Source of the DNA: a virus
IMG/VR virus record: IMGVR_UViG_3300032087_006376
Span: 1 to 64,000 of that record
Direction: 5' to 3' (one strand)
DNA length: 64,000 nt
The notes beneath the pieces were generated by a model. It was not told where the DNA came from and ran no database searches. It saw nothing but the letters and a program-made list of their open reading frames with translations. The position numbers and the translations under genes are program-made. Of this stretch, positions 19,328 through 28,865 are shown one piece after another (within the stretch, counting starts at the first letter, position 1; each line of letters starts with the position of its first letter).

Positions 19328-20228
19328 AAAAGTTTTAATTACAGGTGGATCAGGATTAGTTGGTAGATGGTTGCAAAAAACTAGTCCAAAATATACATTC
19401 TTATCTTCAAAAGACTTTGATTTAACTTCTGAAAAGTCTGTGGTTGAAATGTATGAAAAGCATAACCCAGACACAGTTATTCATTTAGCTGCCAGAGTTG
19501 GAGGCATAGTTGATAATATACAAAATCCATGTAATTATTTTGAAGAAAACGTGTTAATGAACACACTACTTCTTAAATACGCCCGAATTAATAATGTGAA
19601 AAAATTTTTAGGCATATTAAGTACTTGCATTTATCCAGACGTAATGGATTCCTACCCGCTGAAAGAAGATTGTTTACATAAAGGTGAGCCTACAAAAACA
19701 AATTTTAGCTACGGTTACGCTAAAAGAGTTATGGCAGTACAAATTGATGCTTGCAATGAACAATACGGAACAAATTATAATTACTTAATTCCATGTAACT
19801 TATACGGAGATGGAGATAAAAATGATCCATCAAAAAGCCACTTTGTTACAGCTCTTATAACTAAAATACACGAAGCAGTAAAAAACAATGATAAAGAGAT
19901 AACATTATTTGGAGACGGATCCCCTCTTAGACAATTTCTTCACGCTGAAGATTTTGCTTTAGTCATCAATGAGATTATTAAAAAAAATATCACTTCAAGC
20001 TTTAATGTGGCAGCTGAAGAAGTTTATTCTATAAAAGAGATAGCAGAAATAGCATTAGACGCATGTGGCGCAACCCATTTGAAAGTAAATTTTGACACAA
20101 GCAAGCCTAACGGCCAATATAGAAAAGATGTCTGCATCAATAAACTTAAAAAATTTATACCTAATTTCAACCCAAAACCGCTACATCAAGGCATAAAAGA
20201 AACTTATAACAATATAAAAAATGAATAA
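19320..20228 (+). CDS. fcl: GDP-L-fucose synthase/ColC-like epimerase-reductase
   Basis: GGSGLVG; HLAARVGG; LSTCIYP; YGYAKR; LIPCNLYG; GDGSPLRQFLH; PNGQ.RK. May act as colitose synthase. Confidence 0.85.
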   Translation: MSEKVLITGGSGLVGRWLQKTSPKYTFLSSKDFDLTSEKSVVEMYEKHNPDTVIHLAARVGGIVDNIQNPCNYFEENVLMNTLLLKYARINNVKKFLGILSTCIYPDVMDSYPLKEDCLHKGEPTKTNFSYGYAKRVMAVQIDACNEQYGTNYNYLIPCNLYGDGDKNDPSKSHFVTALITKIHEAVKNNDKEITLFGDGSPLRQFLHAEDFALVINEIIKKNITSSFNVAAEEVYSIKEIAEIALDACGATHLKVNFDTSKPNGQYRKDVCINKLKKFIPNFNPKPLHQGIKETYNNIKNE

Positions 20229-21378
20229 TTGGAAATTAAACGAAAATAATTTTACTTTTGCAGACAGGTTAAAAATATGCAGCTTTTTTCTTTCTCATAA
20301 TAATTTCTGGACTATGAGCGATAAAGTCTTGAAATTTGAAAGCCAAATGGCTAATTTCACAGATTGTAAATATTCTTTATTTGTATCTAGCGGCTCGACC
20401 GCCAACAGTATTTTAGCTTCATATTTAAAAGATGAATTTTATGAACCTAACGAAAAAAATATTGTGGTATTTCCATCCACAACTTGGATCACCTCAGTAA
20501 GCCCATTTATTAGAGAAGGTTTTGAACCTAAGTTCATAGATATTTCCTTAACTAATTATGCAATTGATTTAGATAAGTTGGAAACTTATTTAGATGATAA
20601 TCAAAAATATGTTAGATGCGTGTTTATTACAAGTTTGCTAGGATTTAACCCAGACTTCGAAAGGCTAAAATTAATAGAAGAAAAATATGAAGTTAAAATC
20701 ATGGTGGATAATTGCGAAAACACTTTTAGCCAGTACGACATGAAGAACGCTTCGAGTTATTTCACTAGCACAACAAGCACGTATTTTGGGCATCAACTTC
20801 AAAGCGTCGAAGGAGGATTTATCTTTACCAACAATAAAGAAGAAAAAGATTATTTTTCAATGTACAGAAATCATGGGTTAACCAGAAGTGTTCGCAATAT
20901 GAACGACTACTCAAACCCGAAAGTAGATCCCAAATTTGATTTTTTTCTTTTAGGCAACAATTCAAGAAACAGTAATATCAATGCATTTATAGGGTCATTA
21001 GATTTCGAAAGAATTAATAAATATAAATCAAAACGATTGAATCTTTATAATTTATTTAAATCTTCTGTAAATAGAACAAAGATTATTTTACCCGTCAAAA
21101 CAAAAAAGAGCCTTGATATTCCTTTTTGCTTACCCTTACTTTTTCACACTCCAGAAAACAAAAGAATTATTCAAAAATATTGCGATCTCAATGGAATTGA
21201 GTCTCGCCCAATCGTTTCTGGAAATTTATTAAGACAAACTTGTCTTGAAAAGTTTGATGATTATAAAAATTTTTACAACAGTGAATTCGTAAACAATAAT
21301 GGAATTTATGTTGGGCTTCACAGTCAAGTAAAAGAAAAACAAATAGAAAAATTAGCTTCAGCAATAAATAATCTATAA
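20221..21378 (+). CDS. ColD-like GDP-4-keto-6-deoxymannose 3-dehydratase (DegT fold with His replacing the PLP Lys)
   Basis: SSGSTAN; DNCE; YFGHQLQSVEGG, with His (codon 20791) six residues before EGG where aminotransferases have Lys; lies between fcl and gmd. Confidence 0.7.
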   Translation: MNNWKLNENNFTFADRLKICSFFLSHNNFWTMSDKVLKFESQMANFTDCKYSLFVSSGSTANSILASYLKDEFYEPNEKNIVVFPSTTWITSVSPFIREGFEPKFIDISLTNYAIDLDKLETYLDDNQKYVRCVFITSLLGFNPDFERLKLIEEKYEVKIMVDNCENTFSQYDMKNASSYFTSTTSTYFGHQLQSVEGGFIFTNNKEEKDYFSMYRNHGLTRSVRNMNDYSNPKVDPKFDFFLLGNNSRNSNINAFIGSLDFERINKYKSKRLNLYNLFKSSVNRTKIILPVKTKKSLDIPFCLPLLFHTPENKRIIQKYCDLNGIESRPIVSGNLLRQTCLEKFDDYKNFYNSEFVNNNGIYVGLHSQVKEKQIEKLASAINNL

Positions 21379-21379
21379 C

Positions 21380-22438
21380 ATGAAAACAGTTTTAATAACA
21401 GGAGTAACAGGTCAAGATGGAGCTAACATGGCTGAGTACCTGTTAGAAAATACAGATTACAAAGTTGTTGGCATGATTAGAAGAAGTTCTAATATTAATT
21501 ATGTCAACTGCAAAAAAATTAAAGATAATAAAAGATTCACTTTTGAATACGGAGATTTATCAGATAGCCAAAGCATAAATCAATTAGTATCAAAAGTCAT
21601 GCCAGATTATTTTATAAATTTTGCTGCTAATAGTTATGTGGGGTGCAGCTGGCAAATGCCAGAGCAAATTTTCGACGTTAACACAATAGGAGTTTTGAGA
21701 TGTTTAGAGGCTATAAAAAATATAAAACCAAGCTGTAAATTTTATTCAGCTGGATCAAGCGAAGAGTGGGGCAATGTAGATTATAGCCCACAGGATTTAA
21801 AGCATCCGCTTAAACCAAGAAGCCCATACGGAGCCAGCAAAGCTTCTGCTAGGCATATTGTTAAGGTTTATAGAGAGTCTTACAATATTTTCGCTATCCA
21901 TAGTATTTTATTCAATCATGAAGGCACAAAAAGAGGTCCAGAATTTGTTACTAGAAAAATCACTAAAAATGTATCCAGAATCCACCATGCGATAAACAAT
22001 AAACAACCATTTCGACCTTTAGAGCTTGGTAATCTGGACTCAAAAAGAGACTGGAGTGATAGCGAAGATTTTGTGAAAGGCGTATGGCAAATGTTAAATC
22101 AAGAAGAGCCAAATGATTATATTTTATCTAGTGATGAAACGCACTCAATTAGAGAATTTGTAGAAAAGGCTTTTCGTGAGGCTGGAATAGAAGGCGTTTG
22201 GCACGGTAAAGGTTTATCAGAAGAGTATTGTTTACCTAATTATATCATGGAAGAACGTGAGGCAAAATCTTCTGTTCTTGTGAAGATAAATGAAAAATTT
22301 TATCGCCCAGCTGAAGTTGAGCTTCTTTTGGGCGATTCATCTCTAGCTAGAGAAAAATTGGGGTGGAAACCTGAAATTTCATTTGACAAACTGGTGTCTA
22401 AGATGGTAAAGTTTGACATAGATAATTACGAAAATTAG
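21380..22438 (+). CDS. gmd: GDP-mannose 4,6-dehydratase
   Basis: ITGVTGQDG; AGSSE; PRSPYGASK; ILFNHE..RG.EFVTRKI; LGNLDSKRDW; RPAEVELLLGD. Confidence 0.95.
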   Translation: MKTVLITGVTGQDGANMAEYLLENTDYKVVGMIRRSSNINYVNCKKIKDNKRFTFEYGDLSDSQSINQLVSKVMPDYFINFAANSYVGCSWQMPEQIFDVNTIGVLRCLEAIKNIKPSCKFYSAGSSEEWGNVDYSPQDLKHPLKPRSPYGASKASARHIVKVYRESYNIFAIHSILFNHEGTKRGPEFVTRKITKNVSRIHHAINNKQPFRPLELGNLDSKRDWSDSEDFVKGVWQMLNQEEPNDYILSSDETHSIREFVEKAFREAGIEGVWHGKGLSEEYCLPNYIMEEREAKSSVLVKINEKFYRPAEVELLLGDSSLAREKLGWKPEISFDKLVSKMVKFDIDNYEN

Positions 22439-22443
22439 TGTAT
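22438..22443 (+). promoter_or_regulatory. GTGTA(A/T) phage promoter-like motif
   Basis: GTGTAT 13 nt before the nrdJ ATG. Confidence 0.5.
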
Positions 22444-22456
22444 AAATAGGAATACG

Positions 22457-24436
22457 ATGGCACAAAACGAAGGCATACTCTCTCAGGATTTTCTCGATAA
22501 ATACAAAAATAAACAACCAAATTGGGGCTTTAATGGTCTCGGGTATATTGTTTATAAGCGCACTTACGCTAGATTAAAAGAAGATAATACAACAGAAGAA
22601 TGGCACGAAACTGTTGCCAGATGTGTAGAAGGCGCACAAAAGCTTGGAGCTGGATACACTAAAAAAGAAGCAGAAAAAATTTATGATTATGTTTTTAATT
22701 TAAAATGTAATTTTGCCGGACGTATGCTCTGGCAGTTAGGCACCTCAACCGTTGACAGGTTCGGCGCAAATTCTCTGCTTAATTGTTGGTTTGCTAGCAT
22801 GAAAGAGCCTAAAGCGTTTTTATTTCTTTTTGAAAATTTGATGCTTGGGGGTGGAGTTGGCTACAGTATTCGCAGAGAAGATGTTCATGAGTTACCTAGA
22901 ATTAAAAAAGATGTAGAAATTGTTCATAAGCCGAAAAAAGATGCTGACTTTATTGTTCCAGACTCCAGAGAGGGTTGGGTTAAATTGCTAGAGCATGTTC
23001 TCAATGCTTTTTTTGAAACTGGTAAAAGTTTTTCTTACAGCACAATTTTAATTAGAGGTGCTGGTGAAAAAATTGAAGGTTTCGGAGGTAAGGCTAGCGG
23101 CCCAGCAATCCTTGTAGAAGGAATTGAAAAAATCTGCAAAGTATTTAAAGACAGAGAAGGTAAAAAACTTAGGTCTTTAGATGTTTTAGATATTTGTAAT
23201 ATTATTGGCAGTGTTGTTGTCGCCGGTAATGTTCGCAGATCTGCAGAAATTGCTTTAGGAGATCCTGATGATGTTCTTTATCTTCGAGCAAAGAACTGGG
23301 GTTCAGGTAACGTTCCTAATTGGAGAGCAATGAGCAACAACACTTTATACGTTGATGATTACTCTCATTTAATGGATGAATTCTGGAAAAATGGTTATGA
23401 GATAAATAAATCTACAGGTTTTGCAAATGGTGAACCATATGGATTTTTCAATTTACCATTGTCAAGAAAATATGGCCGCTTGAAAGACGGGCTAATGAAG
23501 AACGCAGAGATTTACCCTACTAGAGTTGATAATGTTGTAGGAACTAATCCTTGTGGTGAAATCAGTCTTTCTGACTATGAGTGTTGTAACCTATGTGAGC
23601 TATATTTAAATAATATAGAAAGCCAGAAAGAGTTAAACGAATGTGCTAAATTACTTTACAAAGCTCAAAAAGCTATCGCCGCTTTACCTTTCTTGCATGA
23701 TGAGACAAATGCGATTGTGCATAAAAATATGCGCCTTGGGTTAGGTGTTACAGGTATTTGTCAGTCTATGCATAAAATTGACTGGCTTGATAATTGTTAT
23801 GAAGAGTTAAGAAAGTTTGATAAGCAATGGAGCAAACAAAAAGGTTGGCCTGAAAGTATTAAGCTTACAACCGTTAAGCCTTCTGGAACTCTTAGCTTGT
23901 TAGCTGGATCTACCCCGGGTGTTCACCCCGCTTATTCTAAACATTATTTTAGAACTGTTAGAATGAGCAGCAGTGATCAGCTAGTGCAAATTTGTAGAGA
24001 CCTAGGCTACAAAACAGAATTCTTGCTAAACTTTGATGGTTCTGAAAATCGCGATACTGTTGTTGTTTATTTTCCATGCGAAACTCCAGACGGAGCAATT
24101 TTAGCTAAAGACATGGGAGTGATTAAACAACTAGAAATGGTTAAAACACTTCAAGAGAACTGGAGTGATAACGCCGTTAGCGTTACAGCTTACTATTCTC
24201 CAGAAGAATTAGATGAGTTAAAAGGTTGGCTAAAAGATAATTATAAAAATAGTATTAAGAGCGTTAGCTTCCTACTCCGACAAGAGCATGGCTTCAAACA
24301 AGCTCCTTATCAAGAAATTGATGAAAAAGAGTATGATAAAGCCAAATCTAAAGTAAAACCTCTTTCTAATATAAATATCACGGGAGATACTTTAGAGGGA
24401 ATTGAATGCGAAGGTGGAGCGTGTCCCATTAGATAA
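22457..24436 (+). CDS. nrdJ: Class II (adenosylcobalamin-dependent) ribonucleoside-triphosphate reductase
   Basis: YKRTYAR; NPCGEI; CCNLCE; TTVKPSGT; C-terminal CEGGACPIR shuttle cysteines; no intein. Confidence 0.92.
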   Translation: MAQNEGILSQDFLDKYKNKQPNWGFNGLGYIVYKRTYARLKEDNTTEEWHETVARCVEGAQKLGAGYTKKEAEKIYDYVFNLKCNFAGRMLWQLGTSTVDRFGANSLLNCWFASMKEPKAFLFLFENLMLGGGVGYSIRREDVHELPRIKKDVEIVHKPKKDADFIVPDSREGWVKLLEHVLNAFFETGKSFSYSTILIRGAGEKIEGFGGKASGPAILVEGIEKICKVFKDREGKKLRSLDVLDICNIIGSVVVAGNVRRSAEIALGDPDDVLYLRAKNWGSGNVPNWRAMSNNTLYVDDYSHLMDEFWKNGYEINKSTGFANGEPYGFFNLPLSRKYGRLKDGLMKNAEIYPTRVDNVVGTNPCGEISLSDYECCNLCELYLNNIESQKELNECAKLLYKAQKAIAALPFLHDETNAIVHKNMRLGLGVTGICQSMHKIDWLDNCYEELRKFDKQWSKQKGWPESIKLTTVKPSGTLSLLAGSTPGVHPAYSKHYFRTVRMSSSDQLVQICRDLGYKTEFLLNFDGSENRDTVVVYFPCETPDGAILAKDMGVIKQLEMVKTLQENWSDNAVSVTAYYSPEELDELKGWLKDNYKNSIKSVSFLLRQEHGFKQAPYQEIDEKEYDKAKSKVKPLSNINITGDTLEGIECEGGACPIR

Positions 24437-24461
24437 TTATATTCTAATTATCGTAAATCTA

Positions 24462-24467
24462 GTGTAA
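24462..24467 (+). promoter_or_regulatory. GTGTA(A/T) phage promoter-like motif
   Basis: GTGTAA 11 nt before ATG 24479; a second copy at 24474. Confidence 0.5.
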
Positions 24468-24478
24468 AATTTTGTGTA

Positions 24479-24949
24479 ATGGAATTTACTTTAGATTTTT
24501 CAAAGGCTATAGCAAAAAAAAGACAAGGACCTAAAAGTTCTGCTCAAACTCCTGCTAAGCCAGATGAACGTAAAAAAGGTTCCAGCAGAAACGAACCCGG
24601 TTCTGCTGGAACTTCTCCTGATGCGAAAGAAAAAGCCGAAAAAAACTTAAAAAAGAAAGACGAAAAAGAGTTAGTTTCTAAGGCTAAAATAACTTTTAGC
24701 GAAAAAGTAACTAACGCATTAAAACAAAAAGTCAAAGATCATAACGCTAAATACTCTAAAAAAGTTACGTTAGGTCAACTCAAAAAAGTTTACAGAAGAG
24801 GGCTTGGAGCTTTTAGCTCTTCTCATAGACCCGGAAAAAGTCGTGCTCAGTGGGCTATGGCTAGAGTAAATATGTTTTTAAAAATGCGAAGAGGCGGAAA
24901 AGTCAAAGAAGCTTACAGAAGAGCTGATCAAGATATAGCTAGAGATTAA
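24479..24949 (+). CDS. Basic hypothetical protein
   Basis: LKKVYRRGLGAFSSSHRPG...QWAMARVN motif that I recognise from uncharacterised large-virus proteins. Confidence 0.6.
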   Translation: MEFTLDFSKAIAKKRQGPKSSAQTPAKPDERKKGSSRNEPGSAGTSPDAKEKAEKNLKKKDEKELVSKAKITFSEKVTNALKQKVKDHNAKYSKKVTLGQLKKVYRRGLGAFSSSHRPGKSRAQWAMARVNMFLKMRRGGKVKEAYRRADQDIARD

Positions 24950-24950
24950 A

Positions 24951-25085
24951 ATGGAAAAAATAGAAGTAGACATGTTTTATTTTGATGATTTTACTGAAGA
25001 AGATTTTAAAGAAGCTACTTCTGATTTAAATGAATTTGGTGTAAATGATAGTGAATTCGATTTGGAATATCACGATACAGAATAA
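24951..25085 (+). CDS. Small acidic protein (44 aa), not in ORF track
   Basis: ATG 1 nt after the upstream stop; fills the gap exactly. Confidence 0.5.
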   Translation: MEKIEVDMFYFDDFTEEDFKEATSDLNEFGVNDSEFDLEYHDTE

Positions 25086-25088
25086 AAA

Positions 25089-26090
25089 ATGAATGTTTCA
25101 GTTAACTTAAGCGGCCAAATTAAGGCTGCAAAAGAAAAAAAAGTACTAAATAAACCTTTTAGAACCTCAAAAGGTCCTAAAAAGTTTTCAGTATATGTTA
25201 AAAACGATAAAGGCAATATTGTAAAAGTTAACTTTGGTGACCCAAACATGGAAATCAAGCGTGATGATCCAGCTAGAAGAAAAAGTTTTCGCGCTCGTCA
25301 TAAATGTGACACAAACCCCGGACCACGTTGGAAAGCTCGTTATTGGAGCTGCAAAATGTGGGAAAGCAAAAAATCTGTTACAGACTATACTTCTAAGGGT
25401 TTTGTTGATGAAGTTGTCCATCAGTGGGACGGTTTAACTTACTGGATTGAAGAAGATTTAATTAAATTAGTTCCTTATTTAGCTCAAGCAGAAGAGATTA
25501 CAGAAGATATAGAAGCTGATAATGACGATTTAAAAGAAGAAAGCTATTCTATGGCTTTAGGTCAATTAGCTTTTGTTTCAGATTATTCAAAAGATTTATT
25601 AGAAAGATTAAGAAAAAACCCCGCTTTAGCCGATAAACTTGAACCATGGGTTCAAAGCAAAATAACTATTATTGAAGATTATTTAGCTTCCATACATAGT
25701 TACATGGTTTACCCAAGCGATGAAAAAGGTTTTGAAGTAGAAGATGAAACTGGCTTAAAAGAAGGAATGCGCGTTATGAATGTTAACGCTGACTGCAAAC
25801 ATTACGGTAGTGAAGGTATTGTCAAGCAGATTTTAAATTTACCAGACAATATGGGCAAAATTGTCGCTTATGAAGTTATAAACGATGGCCCAACTTACAA
25901 AAAGGGTGATATTTTAAAGAAAACAATTGATCAATTACAAGCTTTAGAAGCTATTGCAAATGCACCTAGAGAAGGAATGAAAACAAGATGGAGTCTACGG
26001 TATAAAAAATCCATAGACTGTTCCGACCCAAAAGGTTTTAGCCAAAAACAATACTGTGACCGCCAAAAAAGAGGCGGAGAATATAAATAA
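25089..26090 (+). CDS. Mosaic multi-module hypothetical protein
   Basis: Modules: VNFGDPNM..RRKSFRARHKC...YWSC; MALGQL...WVQSKIT; CKHYGSEG; KKSIDCSDPKGFSQK. Confidence 0.6.
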   Translation: MNVSVNLSGQIKAAKEKKVLNKPFRTSKGPKKFSVYVKNDKGNIVKVNFGDPNMEIKRDDPARRKSFRARHKCDTNPGPRWKARYWSCKMWESKKSVTDYTSKGFVDEVVHQWDGLTYWIEEDLIKLVPYLAQAEEITEDIEADNDDLKEESYSMALGQLAFVSDYSKDLLERLRKNPALADKLEPWVQSKITIIEDYLASIHSYMVYPSDEKGFEVEDETGLKEGMRVMNVNADCKHYGSEGIVKQILNLPDNMGKIVAYEVINDGPTYKKGDILKKTIDQLQALEAIANAPREGMKTRWSLRYKKSIDCSDPKGFSQKQYCDRQKRGGEYK

Positions 26091-26094
26091 TAAA

Positions 26095-26628
26095 ATGAAA
26101 TCGAATTTTAAAGTAGACCCTAAAAATTTAGTTACAGAAGTTTCCATCTCAAATGTGATGGAAGAAGAAGAAAAAGCTATGTACACCGCATACATGAGTG
26201 AATGTATGATGGATGAAGCTATGTTTGTTGATACAGCCGGTATGTCTTCAGCAGATGCTAAATACATGTGCGGTATGTCTTATAATAAAAATAGAGCAAT
26301 GCTAATGGAAGGCGCTGGAGAACTCACCGACGAGCAAAAAGGTCTACCAAATAATTTAAAAATAGGAATTTTAAAGAGATACGAAAAAGCTGGCACATTG
26401 TCAGAAGAAGGAAAAAAACAGTTAGAAAGTTTAGCTGGAATGATGGAAATGAAAGCAGAACCCACAGCAGTATTTGTGGACGAACCTGCTCCAGATACTG
26501 GAGAAATCACTCCTAAACTTGCAGAAGAAGGATTAAAGATAGATGAAGAGCTTAAAAAGAAAAATGTAGAAGAAGCTCTAAAAAATCCGGGTTTACAAAG
26601 CCCAACTTTCACTCCCACTAATGAGTAA
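26095..26628 (+). CDS. Acidic hypothetical protein
   Basis: ATG 4 nt after the upstream stop; E/M-rich. Confidence 0.6.
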   Translation: MKSNFKVDPKNLVTEVSISNVMEEEEKAMYTAYMSECMMDEAMFVDTAGMSSADAKYMCGMSYNKNRAMLMEGAGELTDEQKGLPNNLKIGILKRYEKAGTLSEEGKKQLESLAGMMEMKAEPTAVFVDEPAPDTGEITPKLAEEGLKIDEELKKKNVEEALKNPGLQSPTFTPTNE

Positions 26629-26634
26629 CACCTA

Positions 26635-26660
26635 AACCGCCGACATCGGCGGTTTTTTCT
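26635..26660 (+). terminator. Intrinsic terminator
   Basis: AACCGCCG-ACAT-CGGCGGTT followed by a T tract. Confidence 0.85.
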
Positions 26661-26689
26661 TTTGACATTCTAGGCTTTTTAGCTTAGAA
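26661..26689 (+). promoter_or_regulatory. Sigma70-type promoter for the replication block
   Basis: TTGACA-N17-TAGAAT. Confidence 0.75.
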
Positions 26690-27037
26690 TTGTTGTTGAT
26701 GAATAAGAAGGATCTTCTTAAGAAGCTTATTTCTGTGCCAGAGAAGCAAACTGCTTCTTTTTGGTCTAGAGAATATAAGCTGTTGAAAAAAGTTTTGGAA
26801 AAATATCCTGATATGTCATTTTGGACAAAATTTGACATAAGAGAAAAACCTCCGTCAATAAAGTGTCTCTTGAACGATAATTTCTTCAGATATGTTGATT
26901 ATCACTATAATAAGCATATACCTGAATACATAAACCCTGAAATAAAAATTGGAAATAAAGAGGGCAGAACAAGAAAAATAAAAAAGAGAATAAATACAAT
27001 AAGAAAGTTTATAGAAAACGATGAAAAAGACAAGTAA
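26690..27037 (+). CDS. Hypothetical protein
   Basis: ORF directly after the promoter; ATG 26699 is the likelier start. Confidence 0.6.
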   Translation: MLLMNKKDLLKKLISVPEKQTASFWSREYKLLKKVLEKYPDMSFWTKFDIREKPPSIKCLLNDNFFRYVDYHYNKHIPEYINPEIKIGNKEGRTRKIKKRINTIRKFIENDEKDK

Positions 27038-28217
27038 AAAGAATGATGGTAATAGCATTTTAACTTCTCAAGAACAGTTAAATAGCTTTTTGAAACAAAA
27101 CAAAGATTCACATTTTAACTTTGAGCAAACTATTAATTATAGAGTTCCAAGCGGAAGTATGACTCTTGATTATTATTTAGATGGAGGTTTGGGAACTGGG
27201 CTACATAGATTTGTAGGCATGAACGAAGGAGGCAAGACTAGCTGCGCACTTCAGTTTCTAAAAAACTTTTTAGAAGTCAAAAACGAAAACAGAAAAGGCT
27301 TTTACATTAAAGCTGAAGGTAGACTAGGGGAAGAGATCTCTGAGCGGTCAGGAGTTAAATTTGTAACGAATACTGACGAATGGGAGGAGGGAACCTGTTT
27401 TGTGTTTGAAACAAATATATATGAAACAGCTGTTGACGCTATGAGACAGCTAGTTGGCAAAAATCAAGAAAATAATAGATACTTTTTTATTATTGATTCT
27501 GTAGATGGCTTATTAAGAAAAGATGATTTAGATAAAACATTCGAAGAATCTCAAAAAGTCGCTGGCGGCGCAGTTGTCGCAGGTACATTCATGAAAAAAT
27601 GTGCAGCCGCTCTTCAAAAAAGAGGTCATATTGCAATATTTATTTCTCAAGTTAGAGATGATATTAAATTAGATCCTTATAGCAAAGCGCCAGTCAGACA
27701 AACTTCCGCCACAGGAGGCAATGCTCTTTTGCATTTTGCTAATTGGATTCTTCAGTTTGAAGCTAGAAATAAGTCTGATTTAATTCTTCAAGATGAAAAA
27801 GCTATTCCAGATGTTCAAAAAAATCCATACATAGGTCACCAAGTAAAAGTTACAGTCAAAAAATCTCCAAATGAGAGAACAAATTCTGTGATACGATATC
27901 CTATTAGATATGGCAGGAAAAACGGTACATCAAACTGGATAGAAAAAGAAATCAGTGATTTTATTCAAGGTTGGGGCATGGTGACCAAAAAAGGCGCTTG
28001 GCTATCTTTTGAAGAAGATGTTGTAGAAACTGCGAAAAAGTTTGGAGTAGATCTTTCTAGCCAAATACAAGGAGTGCCTAAGCTAGAAGCGCTTATATCA
28101 GAAAATGAAAACGTTAAAAAATTCTTTGTAGGCTACATAAAACAGAATTTGTTGTCATTTTTAAATGAAGATATAGATGGAACTACTGACGATATACGGG
28201 AAGAAGAAGAGGTATAA
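27021..28217 (+). CDS. recA: RecA/UvsX-like recombinase
   Basis: GMNEGGKTS Walker A; IIDSV Walker B; IFISQVR; TGGNALLHFA; VKVTVKKS. Confidence 0.85.
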   Translation: MKKTSKKNDGNSILTSQEQLNSFLKQNKDSHFNFEQTINYRVPSGSMTLDYYLDGGLGTGLHRFVGMNEGGKTSCALQFLKNFLEVKNENRKGFYIKAEGRLGEEISERSGVKFVTNTDEWEEGTCFVFETNIYETAVDAMRQLVGKNQENNRYFFIIDSVDGLLRKDDLDKTFEESQKVAGGAVVAGTFMKKCAAALQKRGHIAIFISQVRDDIKLDPYSKAPVRQTSATGGNALLHFANWILQFEARNKSDLILQDEKAIPDVQKNPYIGHQVKVTVKKSPNERTNSVIRYPIRYGRKNGTSNWIEKEISDFIQGWGMVTKKGAWLSFEEDVVETAKKFGVDLSSQIQGVPKLEALISENENVKKFFVGYIKQNLLSFLNEDIDGTTDDIREEEEV

Positions 28218-28584
28218 AAACCTTAGAAAATATTTAATAGACTGGGAAGCTAGTAGCAGAAGTAAATTTCAAACTACAGTAAAAAAGTTTATTAAATTAT
28301 ACTGGGATCAAGATGTAGTGTTTGAAGAGTTTCCAGTAGTAGGGTCAAGGTTGTCCTTGGATTTCTACAATGCTAATAAAAAAGTAGCTATAGAAGTCCA
28401 AGGGCAACAACATGTAAAATATGTTGAATTTTTTCATCAGAATAGATTTAAATATTTAGATCAGTTAAAAAGAGATCAAAATAAAGAAAAATTTTGTGAA
28501 ATAAATGAAATTACACTTGTGACAATTTTCCAAAAGGATATAATAGATAAGCACCTTTTTGAGTCTCAAGGTGTAATATTATAA
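28177..28584 (+). CDS. Vsr/DUF559-like PD-(D/E)xK endonuclease
   Basis: EEFPV...LDFY...AIEVQGQQH...RD..KE..C. Confidence 0.75.
   Translation: MELLTIYGKKKRYKNLRKYLIDWEASSRSKFQTTVKKFIKLYWDQDVVFEEFPVVGSRLSLDFYNANKKVAIEVQGQQHVKYVEFFHQNRFKYLDQLKRDQNKEKFCEINEITLVTIFQKDIIDKHLFESQGVIL
28571..28576 (+). promoter_or_regulatory. GTGTA(A/T) phage promoter-like motif
   Basis: GTGTAA 7 nt before ATG 28584. Confidence 0.45.
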
Positions 28585-28853
28585 TGACAATGAAAAAGGG
28601 CGTTAACTCAGAGGAATTTAAAAGTTTTAAAATACCAGAAAATTACTTTAACAAGCTTTTTGAATTCACTGGTTCACCTGATGAAACTTCTAAAGGTTTT
28701 ATAGTCGCTTATGTAAATCAAGAGGGATGCCCCTTGATTTATGCTAAAATAGCTAGCCCCATCGTGCAGATGGGCCTTATTAAAGCTTTAGAAAATTACA
28801 TTGATGATATGAATAACTCAGAAGATCCACTTGACATCGGCTCTGAAGAGTAG
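28584..28853 (+). CDS. Hypothetical protein
   Basis: 89-aa ORF coupled to the upstream stop. Confidence 0.6.
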   Translation: MTMKKGVNSEEFKSFKIPENYFNKLFEFTGSPDETSKGFIVAYVNQEGCPLIYAKIASPIVQMGLIKALENYIDDMNNSEDPLDIGSEE

Positions 28854-28859
28854 TACGTT
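28831..28859 (+). promoter_or_regulatory. Sigma70-type promoter for dnaB
   Basis: TTGACA-N17-TACGTT, with the -35 box inside the upstream gene's last codons. Confidence 0.55.
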
Positions 28860-28865
28860 GTATTT

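Noticed and set aside
20221-21378. Ordinary DegT/perosamine aminotransferase
   Set aside because: The catalytic Lys position is His.
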